From Pelagomonas calceolata (lineage: Eukaryota), in contig CAKKNE010000001.1 of the NCBI GenBank assembly GCA_918797485.1, positions 3,224,001 to 3,288,000 on the forward strand: a stretch of DNA of 64,000 bases, given 5' to 3'. Each line of letters begins with the position of its first letter. The stretch's first letter is position 1. A program made the translations under genes and the position numbers. The notes under the pieces were generated by a model, which worked only from the letters and a program-made list of their open reading frames with translations, did no database searches and was not told the origin of the DNA. Shown piece after piece: positions 53,926 through 64,000 of this stretch.

Positions 53926-54363
53926 ACAGGGACGCGTCTTGACGCGCGGCTAGCCCACTCAAGCGGCCCGTGGGAGCTCTGCCCGCCCGCCCGGGGCCGT
54001 CGGGGGCTCCATAGGGGCGACCGGCTGCCCCTCTGGGCTGCCCATCTGGGCTGCCCCGCATGCCAACTCAAGCCTCCCCGCGGACCCACCACGCCTCCCC
54101 GACCGCCAAGCCCCATCAGACGGCCCCTCGAAATAAAAAAAATTGCGAATTGCGGTCTAAAAAAACTCGAGCGTGCCCCGAAGACGCTGCACCCTGGATT
54201 TGGCGCGTGTGGCTCCTAGCCCCCCGGCCCCCAAAAAACTGTGCGCCGCGGTTGCCCCGGGGTGCTGCCTAGCTGCTCAAGCGGTTTTCCGGGCTGCGCG
54301 TCGCGCTCCGCGCTAGATTTCACAGCCTCAACTCAAAAAAACGTATACCCCCAATATCGAATA

Positions 54364-55212
54364 ATGGACCCGCGTCTCCGCGCCCCGGCCCTCAAGGGCG
54401 ACGTCGAGGCCCTCACCACCGCATTGAACGCGGGGGCAGACCCAAACAAGCGCGACGAGGACGGCTACGCGCCTTTACTGTACGCCGCTTCAAACGGGCA
54501 TGCGCGCTGTATTGATGTACTAAGGCGCCACGGCGCCGACGTCAACGCCGCGGCGCGCTGCGGTCGAACACCCTTAAACACGGCGGCGGCGGGCGGCCAC
54601 ACCGAGGCCATCAAAATTTTGATCAAGGCGGGTGCTCTCGTGGATTGGCGCGAGAGCTGGAACGGCTCGTCCTTCGCGACGGCGTTGCACTGGGCTGCTA
54701 GACTAGGCACGGCGTCTGCTGTACAAGCTTTGTTAAAAGCCGGCGCCGACGTCGACGCGGACAATGCTACAAGGCGAGTGGTAAGAGCAGTGACGCTCGC
54801 GAATGTAGCCGGTGAATCGTCTTCTTCCGACGACGACGACGAGGAAGAGGTCCAAGACGACGACTCGGCCGTCGAGAGCGTCGGGAGCTCCATCCGCTTG
54901 GAGGTCGTCCGCGGCAGTTTTACGCCGCTCGACGAGGCCGTCCGGCGCTTCGGCAGCAAACCGAATCGGGTGATCCCGACGCTCGTAGCAGCGGGGTGCA
55001 CGATCAAGCTCGAGCACGCCGAGACCGTGCCCTACCTGCGCCAGGTGCTCGAATGCGGTGGATTCGCGCAGTACGAGCGCGCGCATCGACGAAGATTAGC
55101 GTGGATTTTAGGAAGGGGCACGCGCGTGCCCGCCGAATTACTGCCGACGATCATCGACTTCTGGGCCCACGTCGGCTGGTACGCCGTGCCCCACCTGCGG
55201 CCCGGGTCCTAA
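54364..55212 (+). CDS. Ankyrin-repeat protein
   Basis: GYAPLLYAASNGH, GRTPLNTAAAGGH, TALHWAARLG. Confidence 0.85.
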   Translation: MDPRLRAPALKGDVEALTTALNAGADPNKRDEDGYAPLLYAASNGHARCIDVLRRHGADVNAAARCGRTPLNTAAAGGHTEAIKILIKAGALVDWRESWNGSSFATALHWAARLGTASAVQALLKAGADVDADNATRRVVRAVTLANVAGESSSSDDDDEEEVQDDDSAVESVGSSIRLEVVRGSFTPLDEAVRRFGSKPNRVIPTLVAAGCTIKLEHAETVPYLRQVLECGGFAQYERAHRRRLAWILGRGTRVPAELLPTIIDFWAHVGWYAVPHLRPGS

Positions 55213-55476
55213 GGCCCGCGGCCCTGTCATCTGTGACTGAGACATATCTGTCGCACATATCTGTCATCGTTCCGTGTAACAACATATGCATATGCTTTCT
55301 TCTTTTGGCACGGGTGTCGCGGCGGCGGCGTGGGTGCGCTTGCTCCAGCCCGTGGGGAGCCGTAAAACCGCGTCGTCCGGACATATAAGGTTATTAGCTT
55401 GGGGGCGTGGTCGGAAGGGGGACGCGCGTACGCGGCCGCTGCGTTTGCACGCTCGGCCGGCGCGCAGGGGGTTTAG

Positions 55477-56319
55477 TCAGTAGGAGCCAGCGTGGGCGTA
55501 GAACGCCGCGACGGTCGGTAGCAAAGCCTCGGGCACGGGCAGGAACTTCAGAAACTTCACGAACTTGGTCAGATGGGCCGCCTCGTACTTCGCGAACGAC
55601 TCGTGGCTCCCAACTCGTTCCAAGTACAAAAACGTGTCGGGCTTCGTCCGGCGCAGGTAATGCACCAAATCCCAGGAGAAGTGTGTTGGGGAAGTGCCGG
55701 GGTGGCGCAATCTTGGAATGGGGTAGCCCGCCTTGAGGACCGCGGGCCAGGCCCTCCTATGACACTCGGTCAGGAACCCCGCGGGGTTCCTGGACTTAAC
55801 ATCGGCGCCGGCCCTCAAAAAGCGCCGGACGAGCTCCAGGTTCCCGGCTTCCGCGGCGTAGTGCACCGGGGCCCAGCCGGCGTCGTTGCGCTGGCACACG
55901 TCCGGGCCGGCGTCCAACAATTCGTCGATAATACGTAATTGGTCACAAATCCCAGCGTCCTTCGACGCCGCGTAATGTAACGGAGCGAAGCCGTCCCAGG
56001 TCGCTCTGTCTGGACGTGCACCGGCCCGGAGTAAGGCGATGACGCACGCCAGGCGCTCGTCGCCTTCCAGCGACGAGCACGTCGAGGCCTCGGACGCGCC
56101 GCAGTTGGCCGACGCGCCGCCGCAGGCCAAACAGAGGGGCGTCAGACCGTGCTCTGCCTCGCGCGTCGACGGGTCGGCGCCCGCCGCGAGCGCCCACTCG
56201 ACGCCGTCGAGGTCGCAGCGGTCGGCGGCGGCGTGGAGCGCGCTGGCGCTCGCTTGCAAGGGCACGACGCAGCTCACTTCAAAGGTGCCGTCCACGGAGC
56301 CCTCCAGGTCGCGGCGCAT
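55477..56319 (-). CDS. Ankyrin-repeat protein
   Basis: ALHAAA, GLTPLCLAC, GFAPLHYAA, GWAPVHYAAEAGNLELV. Confidence 0.85.
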   Translation of the reverse strand: MRRDLEGSVDGTFEVSCVVPLQASASALHAAADRCDLDGVEWALAAGADPSTREAEHGLTPLCLACGGASANCGASEASTCSSLEGDERLACVIALLRAGARPDRATWDGFAPLHYAASKDAGICDQLRIIDELLDAGPDVCQRNDAGWAPVHYAAEAGNLELVRRFLRAGADVKSRNPAGFLTECHRRAWPAVLKAGYPIPRLRHPGTSPTHFSWDLVHYLRRTKPDTFLYLERVGSHESFAKYEAAHLTKFVKFLKFLPVPEALLPTVAAFYAHAGSY

Positions 56320-57002
56320 GCTTTAGCGCTGACGCCGAAGCCAGGTGTATGGCGCGGCGAGCGCTCTCGCGGCGCGCGACTGTGATCGTCGGCGCTGCGC
56401 TGACGCGTTTTGCGTTGCAAATGCTCCGGCAAACTCGCGTTCACGCAAGCTTGCCGTCTCGACGGACGGCGTTGGAATTTCCTTCCGAGGAAGCACGTGT
56501 CTTTGACGTCAACCCTGCAAAAACGCTCTCGCGGCGTACAGAGCTCCGTTGTTGATGCCGTAAGCTGCAGAGAGTGTCTTTGGGTTTGATTCTCGCCGTT
56601 GATGCAAAAACTTTAATCTCTAGGGCACGGGAAGATTGCGATTTTGCCCTCCAATGTGCTTTAGGCTGCTTTGCTGCTTTCCCGGTGCCAATCTGAGACT
56701 GCAATGAAACACGCCCAAACGCCATCGTAGACATCCAAGGAGCAAAAGAGCAGCACGAACATTGGTGGGAACTGGTTTGAGCTGACATCGCCGGAAGGAC
56801 CCGCGAGATTCGCGACTCAACGCCTCCCGAACCGCGCCCTGAGGGTCTCAAAGCCTGGAATGAGCAACTTAGATGAGTAAGGTCCGCTCTGAATGATTTT
56901 TGAGATGCCTTGCGATGCCCGGCAGTGGCACCGCCGCGAGGCCGCCCGGCAGAGCTCTCGCCCGGCGATCACTCGTCGCTAGAACTATCGCACACAACAC
57001 CC

Positions 57003-60000
57003 TTACGGCCCCGACCGCTCCCGCTTCGCCGCCCGCAGCGCCAGGGCCTTCTCGCGGTTCTTCGCGATGCGCAGCTGCAGCGCGCGCTGCTTGTTCGCCT
57101 CGGCGCGCGCGCGCTGCGCGTCGCTGAGGGCGTCCGGGGGCGGCGCGGGGACCTCGCGGAGCGGTTCTCGCGGCGCGGCGACGGGCGGTGGCCCGCGCGG
57201 CCCGGCGGGAGACGGCACGGGCGGCCCGCGCGGCACCGGCACGGGCGGCGCACCTCCAGCCGGCACCGGCGGCCCGCGCGGCCGCGGCGGCGGCACGGGC
57301 GGCGCGCCACCGCCAACAGCCGGGACGAGCGGCGGCGGCGGCGGCCGCGCCGGTGCCGCGGGCGCCTCGAGCCACGCGGGCCGCGGCGGCCCTTCTTCCT
57401 CGGGCGGCGACGGGAGCGTGTCCGAGCCCGAGGGCAGCCGGAACTGGGGCGGCGCCGGAGGCGGCGCGACGACGGGCGGCGCGCCACCGGCCGGCACCGG
57501 TGGTCCGCGCGGCCGCGGCGGAGCAACGACGGGCGGCGCGTCGGCGTTGGACTCCTGCGTCCAGTCCCAGGCCGGCGTCGGCGGCGCCGGCGGCGCCTCT
57601 CCGTTCGCCTCCAGGAACCGCTCCATGCGCGCTGCAGCGCCGTCGCCTTCCGGCGCGGGCGCAGGCGGCGGCGCCCGCGGCGATCCAGCAGGAGACGGGT
57701 CGTCGAAGCCCCAGACGTCCTGGTTCGCCTTGGCTTTCGAAGCGCCGCACGCCCCGCAAGTTTCGCCCGTCTGGCCCGCGGCGAAGCACTCGAGGCACAT
57801 CCAGGGCACCTCCTTCTTTCCTTGGGAAGCGGCGTCGAGGCCCCAGACCTGTGTGGAAATCAACCAGTGAGTTAGGTTATTGCGTGGACCTTCGTGAGCC
57901 TCCACGCCATCGAGCCGACGCGGCTAGTCGATGGCGTGGGACGCCCGAAATTTTATTCCACACAGGCCGAGACGTCATTTCCCGCGAAGGCCGCGTGGCG
58001 CGGCATCTTTTTCTGGAAGGCCACGGACGCCAGAGCGCCGTTCTGCGCACTTAACTTCTCGAGATCGTACAGGTCGTCGCAGCGTCGTAAAGCGACAAAG
58101 TCGGCAACAGCCCTGAGTAACGCCGACCGCGACGACGATGCTGGAGGAGCCACTATCTGTCCAGTCCGCGGCGGCGGCCGACCGGCGTGGCCGCTCCGTA
58201 ACGCGCGGCGCCAGCCGTCGGCGAGTCGCGCCTTGTACTGCACCGGGCCCGTCCAGTTTCGTTGTTTAACGACTTGGAGCTGCTTCTCGTTCAACCGCCA
58301 GCTCCTATCTTGTTTCGCCGCAGCGCGAGCTGGATCCACGAGTTTCCTTTTCACTTGCCCGCCGACCTGGGACGAGCGCCACGCGTCTATACTCAACCTT
58401 TTATCGACCCGTCGAGGCCAGGACGGCTGCACCCGTCGAGGTACGAGTCGCTTCGACAGGTCCGTCCGCAACCGCAGTCCTCGTCTGTCTCGTAACGCGT
58501 GAACCACAGCAGCTGAACGTTTCCCAGAACTCTCGAACTTCTTCTCCTCGCCGGGCACCATGAGCAGTACCACTCTACCAGTCCTCTTGCGAGCCGTACG
58601 ACCCATCCTCTGGACCATGCGAATAGGACTTCCAACTTGATCGTAGAAGACACAAACGTCGACGGCGCCGATATCCAGACCTTCCTCCGCAATACAAGTG
58701 GCCACGAGCACATTCGAATCGTTCCGCAGGAACGCCTCGACGGCGTTCTTCTGCGACGACTGCTTCATGCCGTCGCCGCCGCCCTGGCCGACGAAGCGCT
58801 GGACTCTCAACAAATCGCCGGAAGCTCTCGACAACGCGTCGCCGATCTCGTCCACACTTTGCCGCGTGCCCGTGAACACCATGGCTCTAGAAGATTTGTG
58901 GGCCTCCCGCGCGCGCTGGAAGTGGTCCACGAGGAGCTCTCGCAACTTCGTCGTCTTCGGGTGCTCTCCGGACGATCGTAGGGCCTTCAGAGCGTCTAGG
59001 AACTGTGGACTCCCAGCCAGCCGTTGCAACGCCCGATCACCGGGCGGGACACTCTCACTTCGTGACAATTTAGCAGCGACGTCCCGAGCTACCGAACGCA
59101 CGGATTCCAACTTCTCCAAGGCTCCCGTAGTGCCGTAGTGCCGTAGAGCGTCCGCCGCCGACGCGAGCTTGTGCGCGACATGTTTGTCCGCATACGACAC
59201 CCTATTGTTATCGCGACCGGCCTGCAACACCGTATAGGCTCGCAGCGTCGACAAGTCCGTGCTATGTAAAGCGCCCGCATTCTGTAATCTTTTGAGAAAG
59301 GGCTCGGCGACCTTCTGGAGCGCCTCGAGGCCTTTTTTGACAACAGGCCCCTCTTCACAAATGATCTTCTCGATGAGGCGGTGGTGCGTATATTTGGCCA
59401 CGTCGGGGTCGTCCTCGGTCCGCACCTCCACGTGCGCGATCCTGCGCGGGGCGTCGCGGTCGCTCGACTCTGTCCGCCCACGACCTCCTCTCCTGGAGAC
59501 GACGCGCGTCGATGGCGTGAAGGCACCGCAGCACCGCGGGACGCCGAGATCGTACCGCAAGTTGTCGACGACGTCCTGGACCCCGGCCACGTCACTGCCC
59601 GGTGTGGCGGACAATGCCAAGACGCGAAAATGGGCGTGTCTAAAACCCACATGCTTCACCACGGAACAGTAGGCGTACTTCTTGAGCGCGCGATGCGCCT
59701 CGTCCACCACTAACAGTACTACGCGACTAGCATCAAACACGCCTTTCGCCAGGTCGTTCGCCACGGTCTGCGGCGTGCAGTAGAAGACGCGCCGTTTCCT
59801 CCATAACTCTCGTCTACGTTCGACCGGGACGTTGCCGTCGAGCTGAGCCGTGTCTTCCTCGGGGAGACCGACCACGTCGTGGCACGCCTCGACTTGCTGC
59901 GCCACCAAAGGTTTCGTCGGGGCCATGAAAATAATTTGACCGTCGGGGAACCACCGATGATAATTGTACATGAGCACCGCCGCTATTAATGTCTTTCCCA

Positions 60001-60274
60001 ATCCGGTAGGTAAACATACTAACGTGTTCTTCAGTAACGCCTGCTTGACGATCTGTTCCTGGTACTGGCGCACCGGATAGTTGTTCGGGTAGGTCCAGGT
60101 CTCGCAGGCGCCCTCGTCGATGCGCGCCGTCCACCGCGGACAGAGCTCGGAGTCGCCCTCGCAGCAGTTACCATGTGGGCGCGTGGCCCAGGAGTGGTCG
60201 AGCGGCTCGCGCTTCTTCTTCTTCTTTTCCGGTTCTTGCTTGGTTCTTGGGGCGAAGAAGTTGAAATCGGCCAT
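57003..60274 (-). CDS. FANCM: FANCM/Mph1 DEAH helicase; introns 59442-59555 and 57849-57973
   Basis: YPVRQYQ, LPTGLGKT, APTKPLVAQQ, DEAHRA, LALSATPG, IAEEGLDIG, QRMGRTARKR; 1011 codons after splicing. Confidence 0.92.
57849..57965 (-). mobile_element. Introner family A (intron 57849-57973)
   Basis: TIR ctgtgtggaaat/attccacacag; TSD ccccagac/gccgagac. Confidence 0.9.
59442..59555 (-). mobile_element. Introner family B
   Basis: gtacgatctcggcgtccc...ggtgccttcacgccatcgacgcg...gagcgaccgcgacgccccgcgcag. Confidence 0.85.
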
Positions 60275-60722
60275 CGCGGCGCCCGCGCTCGGTCACGGCG
60301 CCGGCGTCCGGTGACCCGGCTTTGGCCCGTACGTGTGCTGTCGGTTGCGCGCGCGGCCGCTCCGCGATATCACGCGCTGCGCGGCCAACTTATGCGGCCG
60401 CGCGGGCGTTTGGGGTCTGCCGCAGTTGATTGCCCGCAGCGCCTCCGCGGCGTCCTATGGGCGCGCCAAGCGCAGCCGGCCGTCGCAGCACTGCTGCGCG
60501 AAGCCACCAGCACAGTCCTGGCGAGCAGTTCGCCTGGTAGCGCCGCGCAAAGACCGCGCCGCGTCGGTCCTCGGTTTGTTCTCGCTAGTAGGTCTACAAG
60601 CTAGCCAAAACGCCCGCGCGCTAGTCCTAGCACCGTAACATCGACTAAACGCCCGCGCGCACTAGTGCTAGCACGGGATGCCAAAACGGTACGCCGCCGA
60701 CGCGAAAACCCAGCACTCCATG

Positions 60723-63172
60723 TTACCCCCCACTCGAAGTCGGGATCGGCACGCACACTGACAAAGTCCGCTCGAGCAGCTTCCGCAGCCGCCTTCGCAG
60801 CGCGTCGTCGTCCGACGCGACGTCGGCGCGCAGCTCGCTCCCTTCGCGCACTAATCCACAGGTCGCGCTCTGCTCGTCGAGGACGACCTTCATCAGACAA
60901 ATGTACTCTTGTTCGTCGCCGTCCGCCGGTTCGCAATCCGTCACGTTCTCCTCACCGAAGGAATCAGATAACGCGTCCCGGACCAATGCGGCAGCAGCGG
61001 CGCCGCCGTCGCGCTGGGTCGCCGGCGGCGCGCAGCAGGGCCCCGCATTCCTCAAAGCTGGTACGGAAGTCGCCGCGTGTAACGCGAGACAAGCAGTGGC
61101 GTCGGCGACCGCATCACCCAAGGGTGCCGCATTCCAATTTAATGTTAACTCCTTCTCCCCTGCTTCTAGTCCATAAACAGACGCACGCACGGCGCCACAA
61201 ATGACCCATCCTTTCTCGAAGGCGCCGTCGCACTCGTCATCTGTCGCAGTGCCCTCTTGCACGTCCGCGAAGGTCTGCCTCAGCAGAAAGTCCAAGCCAT
61301 CTACTCCACAACTTAATCGTAGTCGTACCGTCTGCGCTAAGGCCGTGACCGCGAGAGGCGAACTGTCCCTTAATTCATCATCAGCGTAGAGCGTCGTTCT
61401 CAAATCCCTCCTTACGAGTACGCCAGCCTGCACTCTCCTACGTTTCGGCTTGTCTACGTCACTCATCTGATCGTCGTCCCACGTCGCGCCCACGCAGGCC
61501 GCCCGTCGGTCGCGTTGGAACTTCATCTTCACCAATTGGCCGTTCTCCGGCGAAGACACGGTCGGTCTTCTGTCCGACGGCCACTTGTTTGTTTCTTGCA
61601 CTAGTTTACCCTTCAGGCGGTCCATCTCGTTCTTCTCGCCATGCACTAAGACGATGTTGTCGGGCCTGCGTCGACCGACGGCGTCGCGAGACACGTCGAC
61701 TCTCTGACGGCCACGTCGACGGCGTCGCGGCGGCGTGATATCGTGGAGACGCCATCTTCCCAAAGTTGAAGTTCAGAAACCTTCAGAAACAGACACTGCG
61801 TCACGGACCGCGTCGCCTCCACGAACGAAAAGTTCTGGAAGAAGTCGACGTGGGCACTGAAACTGACAGAGACCACCGTACACCGTCGCGCTTGGACCCG
61901 CCCGTCCATCGTTCTCACCTCGTCCGGTTCACTCAAGATTTGCTTCGCCAGCGTGCCTTCGACGGAGTACCCCGCAATGACCACACCGTTCCGTTCCGAC
62001 GAGGCCCACTTGTCAAACAATCTACGAGAAACACCACTCTGGAGCATACCAGGAGCCGCCATGACGACGCAGGGCCCCGTGTCGTCGAGATCATCTACCG
62101 AATTCAAATTTTGCACATGTGCAAACCTAAAGGGGTTCGCGACGTCCATCTGGTCCCTCACCTGCGTGTGTACGCGTGGACTCGCGCGAAGACGCCATCG
62201 CCGCGAGTTTCGACACTGGTCGCGGACGTGCTGGTTCATCATGTTTATATACGTCTGGTAGACCCTCAAAGCGCGCGTCGCCATCTTGGAAGCGTAGAAG
62301 ACGGGAATCCGGTGGAGATCCTCCCGCTCCTTCCAGTACTCGTCCAGGATCAACAGTAACTCTTGCGCCCGCCCGAGGGCAAAGGCCGGGATCAAACATC
62401 TACCGCCCCGTTGCACGATGCGCTCGATCGTCGACGTGAACAAAGCTTCTCGGACATCTCTGGATTCATGTTTTTGAGTTCCGTAAGTGCTCTCCATAAT
62501 TAACACGTGCGGTTCCAGAGAAGGTACCTCCGCAGGTACTAAATGACGATCCTCCTCCATACTGTAGTCTCCGGTATATAGCAAGCGCACGCCCCCGATC
62601 TCGATGTAGAACATCGCCGCGCCAAGAACATGTCCAGCGTTATAGCTCCAGAACCTAATGCCGTTGTGTTCGACGACCTGGTGGAAGTCGACCAACTCGA
62701 CCTTGTCGCAACAATTAGCTAGGTCCGCTTCGTCGTACAAGCCGTCCCTGCCACCGCTCCCTTCGCCGCCTTGCTTCCTGCCGTCGCCCGACGGTAGTAA
62801 ACGAATGTAATCGGACAGTAGTAGTCTCATGACGGCTCTTGTGGCGTGGGTCATGAAGATCCTGCCTTTAAAACCCGTTTTCTCCGTCAAGTACGGGACG
62901 CCGGCCGCGTGGTCGATGTGGAAATGAGAAACGAGGAGTAGGTCTACGGTTGATAAGTCTACGGTGTCTAAGAATGGGAGGGCATCTAAGCCGGATCTAC
63001 CGGGATGAATGCCGCAATCTAATAAAACGGACCTCCCTCGAAATTCCAGTAGATGGCAGGAACGACCGACTTCTTTGCCGCCGCCCAAAGGTGTTATTTG
63101 TAAGGTGTCCTCCATGGGCTGCGGGGCTTGTGTGGCGCCCGCGACGACCTGGACGGGCGGGGGCTCGGCCAT
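60723..63172 (-). CDS. CPSF3: Cleavage and polyadenylation specificity factor 73 kDa endonuclease; introns 62162-62227 and 61666-61808
   Basis: PLGGGKEVGRSC, SHFHIDH, AGHVLGA, YTGDYS.EEDRHL, ESTYG, FALGRAQELLLILDEYW, SFSAHVD, LVHGE; 747 codons after splicing. Confidence 0.95.
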
Positions 63173-63468
63173 GATGACTGCTGCTGTTTAGAGCCGGCTC
63201 GAGGCGCTCGCGAGGTGTGGGGCTTGCAGGGGCTGTTTCGGAGCGCGGCGTGGCAGCGCAGCGGCGCCAGGCGCTTGTGTATTATAAAGTGGTGCTGCGG
63301 CGACCGCGTCTGGCTGCTTAAGGCCAACAGCGAGTGCTTTTAGCCTGCTTTTGCTCTCTGCTCCCCCTAGTGTCGATGTACGCTAGCCCAGCCAATCTCG
63401 ACGCTGCTCGTCTGAAGGGCTAGAATTTGTGTCTTGGTGTGATCTGGGCCATGTCGGACCGACCCTGT

Positions 63469-63665
63469 GGCCCACCGATTCCGAAACGCCAGCCGGAGAC
63501 GGCTGCGGCGACGTGCGGCCCGCACATCCGGCGCCCTGGCTCTGCGCAGCCGCGCGCATCCGTGCCGGCGCGGGAAACCGGGCCACCGATCCCCGCGCGC
63601 GCGAGCGCTGCCGACGCCGGGCCCTGTGGACCACCGATTCCCGCGCGCGCGAGCGCTGCCGAGCA
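63469..63665. repeat. Short direct repeats (ccaccgat(t)cccgcgcgcgcgagcgctgccga)
   Basis: Two near-identical ~33-bp units at ~63583 and ~63631, plus a partial unit at ~63472. Confidence 0.7.
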
Positions 63666-63756
63666 AGTGTCGGTCGTCCCGCAGCGCGCCGCGTCCGCAA
63701 CGACGCTAACGCGCGCGAGGGCCGCCAAGGCCGACGCCGCCGCCGCGCTCAAAAAA

Positions 63757-64000
63757 ATGCCGAAGCGGTCCGCCCTCTTCAGCAAGACGCTGATGCAAGC
63801 TCAGAAGACGAGGGACGGCCGGACGTGCTCCTGGTGTAAATTGGTCGGCAAGCGCAATTTAGACAATGTGACGCTGGCCCCCTGCGGGCCCTGCCTGCGG
63901 CGGCGCGGCGTTTCTGTCCTTTATTGTTCTAGAAAATGCCAGCGCGAGGCGTGGCAGACGCACAAACCAATTTGTGCCGCGACGCCCTGGTCCCTCGCGC
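63757..64000 (+). CDS. MYND zinc-finger protein, 5' part
   Basis: Manual translation MPKRS...CSWC...CGPC...YCSRKCQREAWQTHKPIC. Confidence 0.8.
   Translation, partial: MPKRSALFSKTLMQAQKTRDGRTCSWCKLVGKRNLDNVTLAPCGPCLRRRGVSVLYCSRKCQREAWQTHKPICAATPWSLA

Noticed and set aside
56441..56851. 136-aa minus-strand ORF
   Set aside because: No domain evidence or convincing start.
60601..60690. Short ~38-bp direct duplication (aaacgcccgcgcgc..tagt.ctagcac)
   Set aside because: Only two degenerate units just past the CPSF3 stop; no further structure evident.
1..64000. tRNA/rRNA genes
   Set aside because: None recognised by eye; a covariance-model search would be needed to exclude them.

Overview
GC-rich, gene-dense eukaryotic DNA, most consistent with a pelagophyte stramenopile alga (Pelagomonas/Aureococcus-like; this is inferred from gene content and intron style). 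About 30 protein-coding genes are supportable. They include a CPA2 antiporter, HSF, MFS transporter, RJL GTPase, 3R-MYB, CDKL5-like kinase, U2AF35, PTGES2, SET protein, ATP23, FANCM and CPSF3, plus two very large multi-exon genes. The dominant signal is that most introns are repeated mobile elements (introners). Family A has 11 clear copies with CTGTGTGGAAATCAA...TTGATTTCCACACAG terminal inverted repeats (TIRs) and 8-bp target-site duplications (TSDs). The donor GT comes from the duplication and the acceptor AG from the TIR, so splicing restores the host reading frame. Family B has 18 copies, no TIRs, and always lies in the sense orientation. Both families share a CACGCCATCGACGCGAC core, and one copy is an A/B chimera. 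Exon lengths between insertions cluster near multiples of about 160 bp, as expected for nucleosome-linker insertion. Other observations are an intronless divergent two-gene cassette with an HNH-like motif next to a 5'-truncated HAD gene, a recurrent CTAG-N12-14-CTAG upstream motif, and a repeated hairpin downstream of two genes. Splice sites were inferred by hand from reading-frame restoration, not from transcript data.
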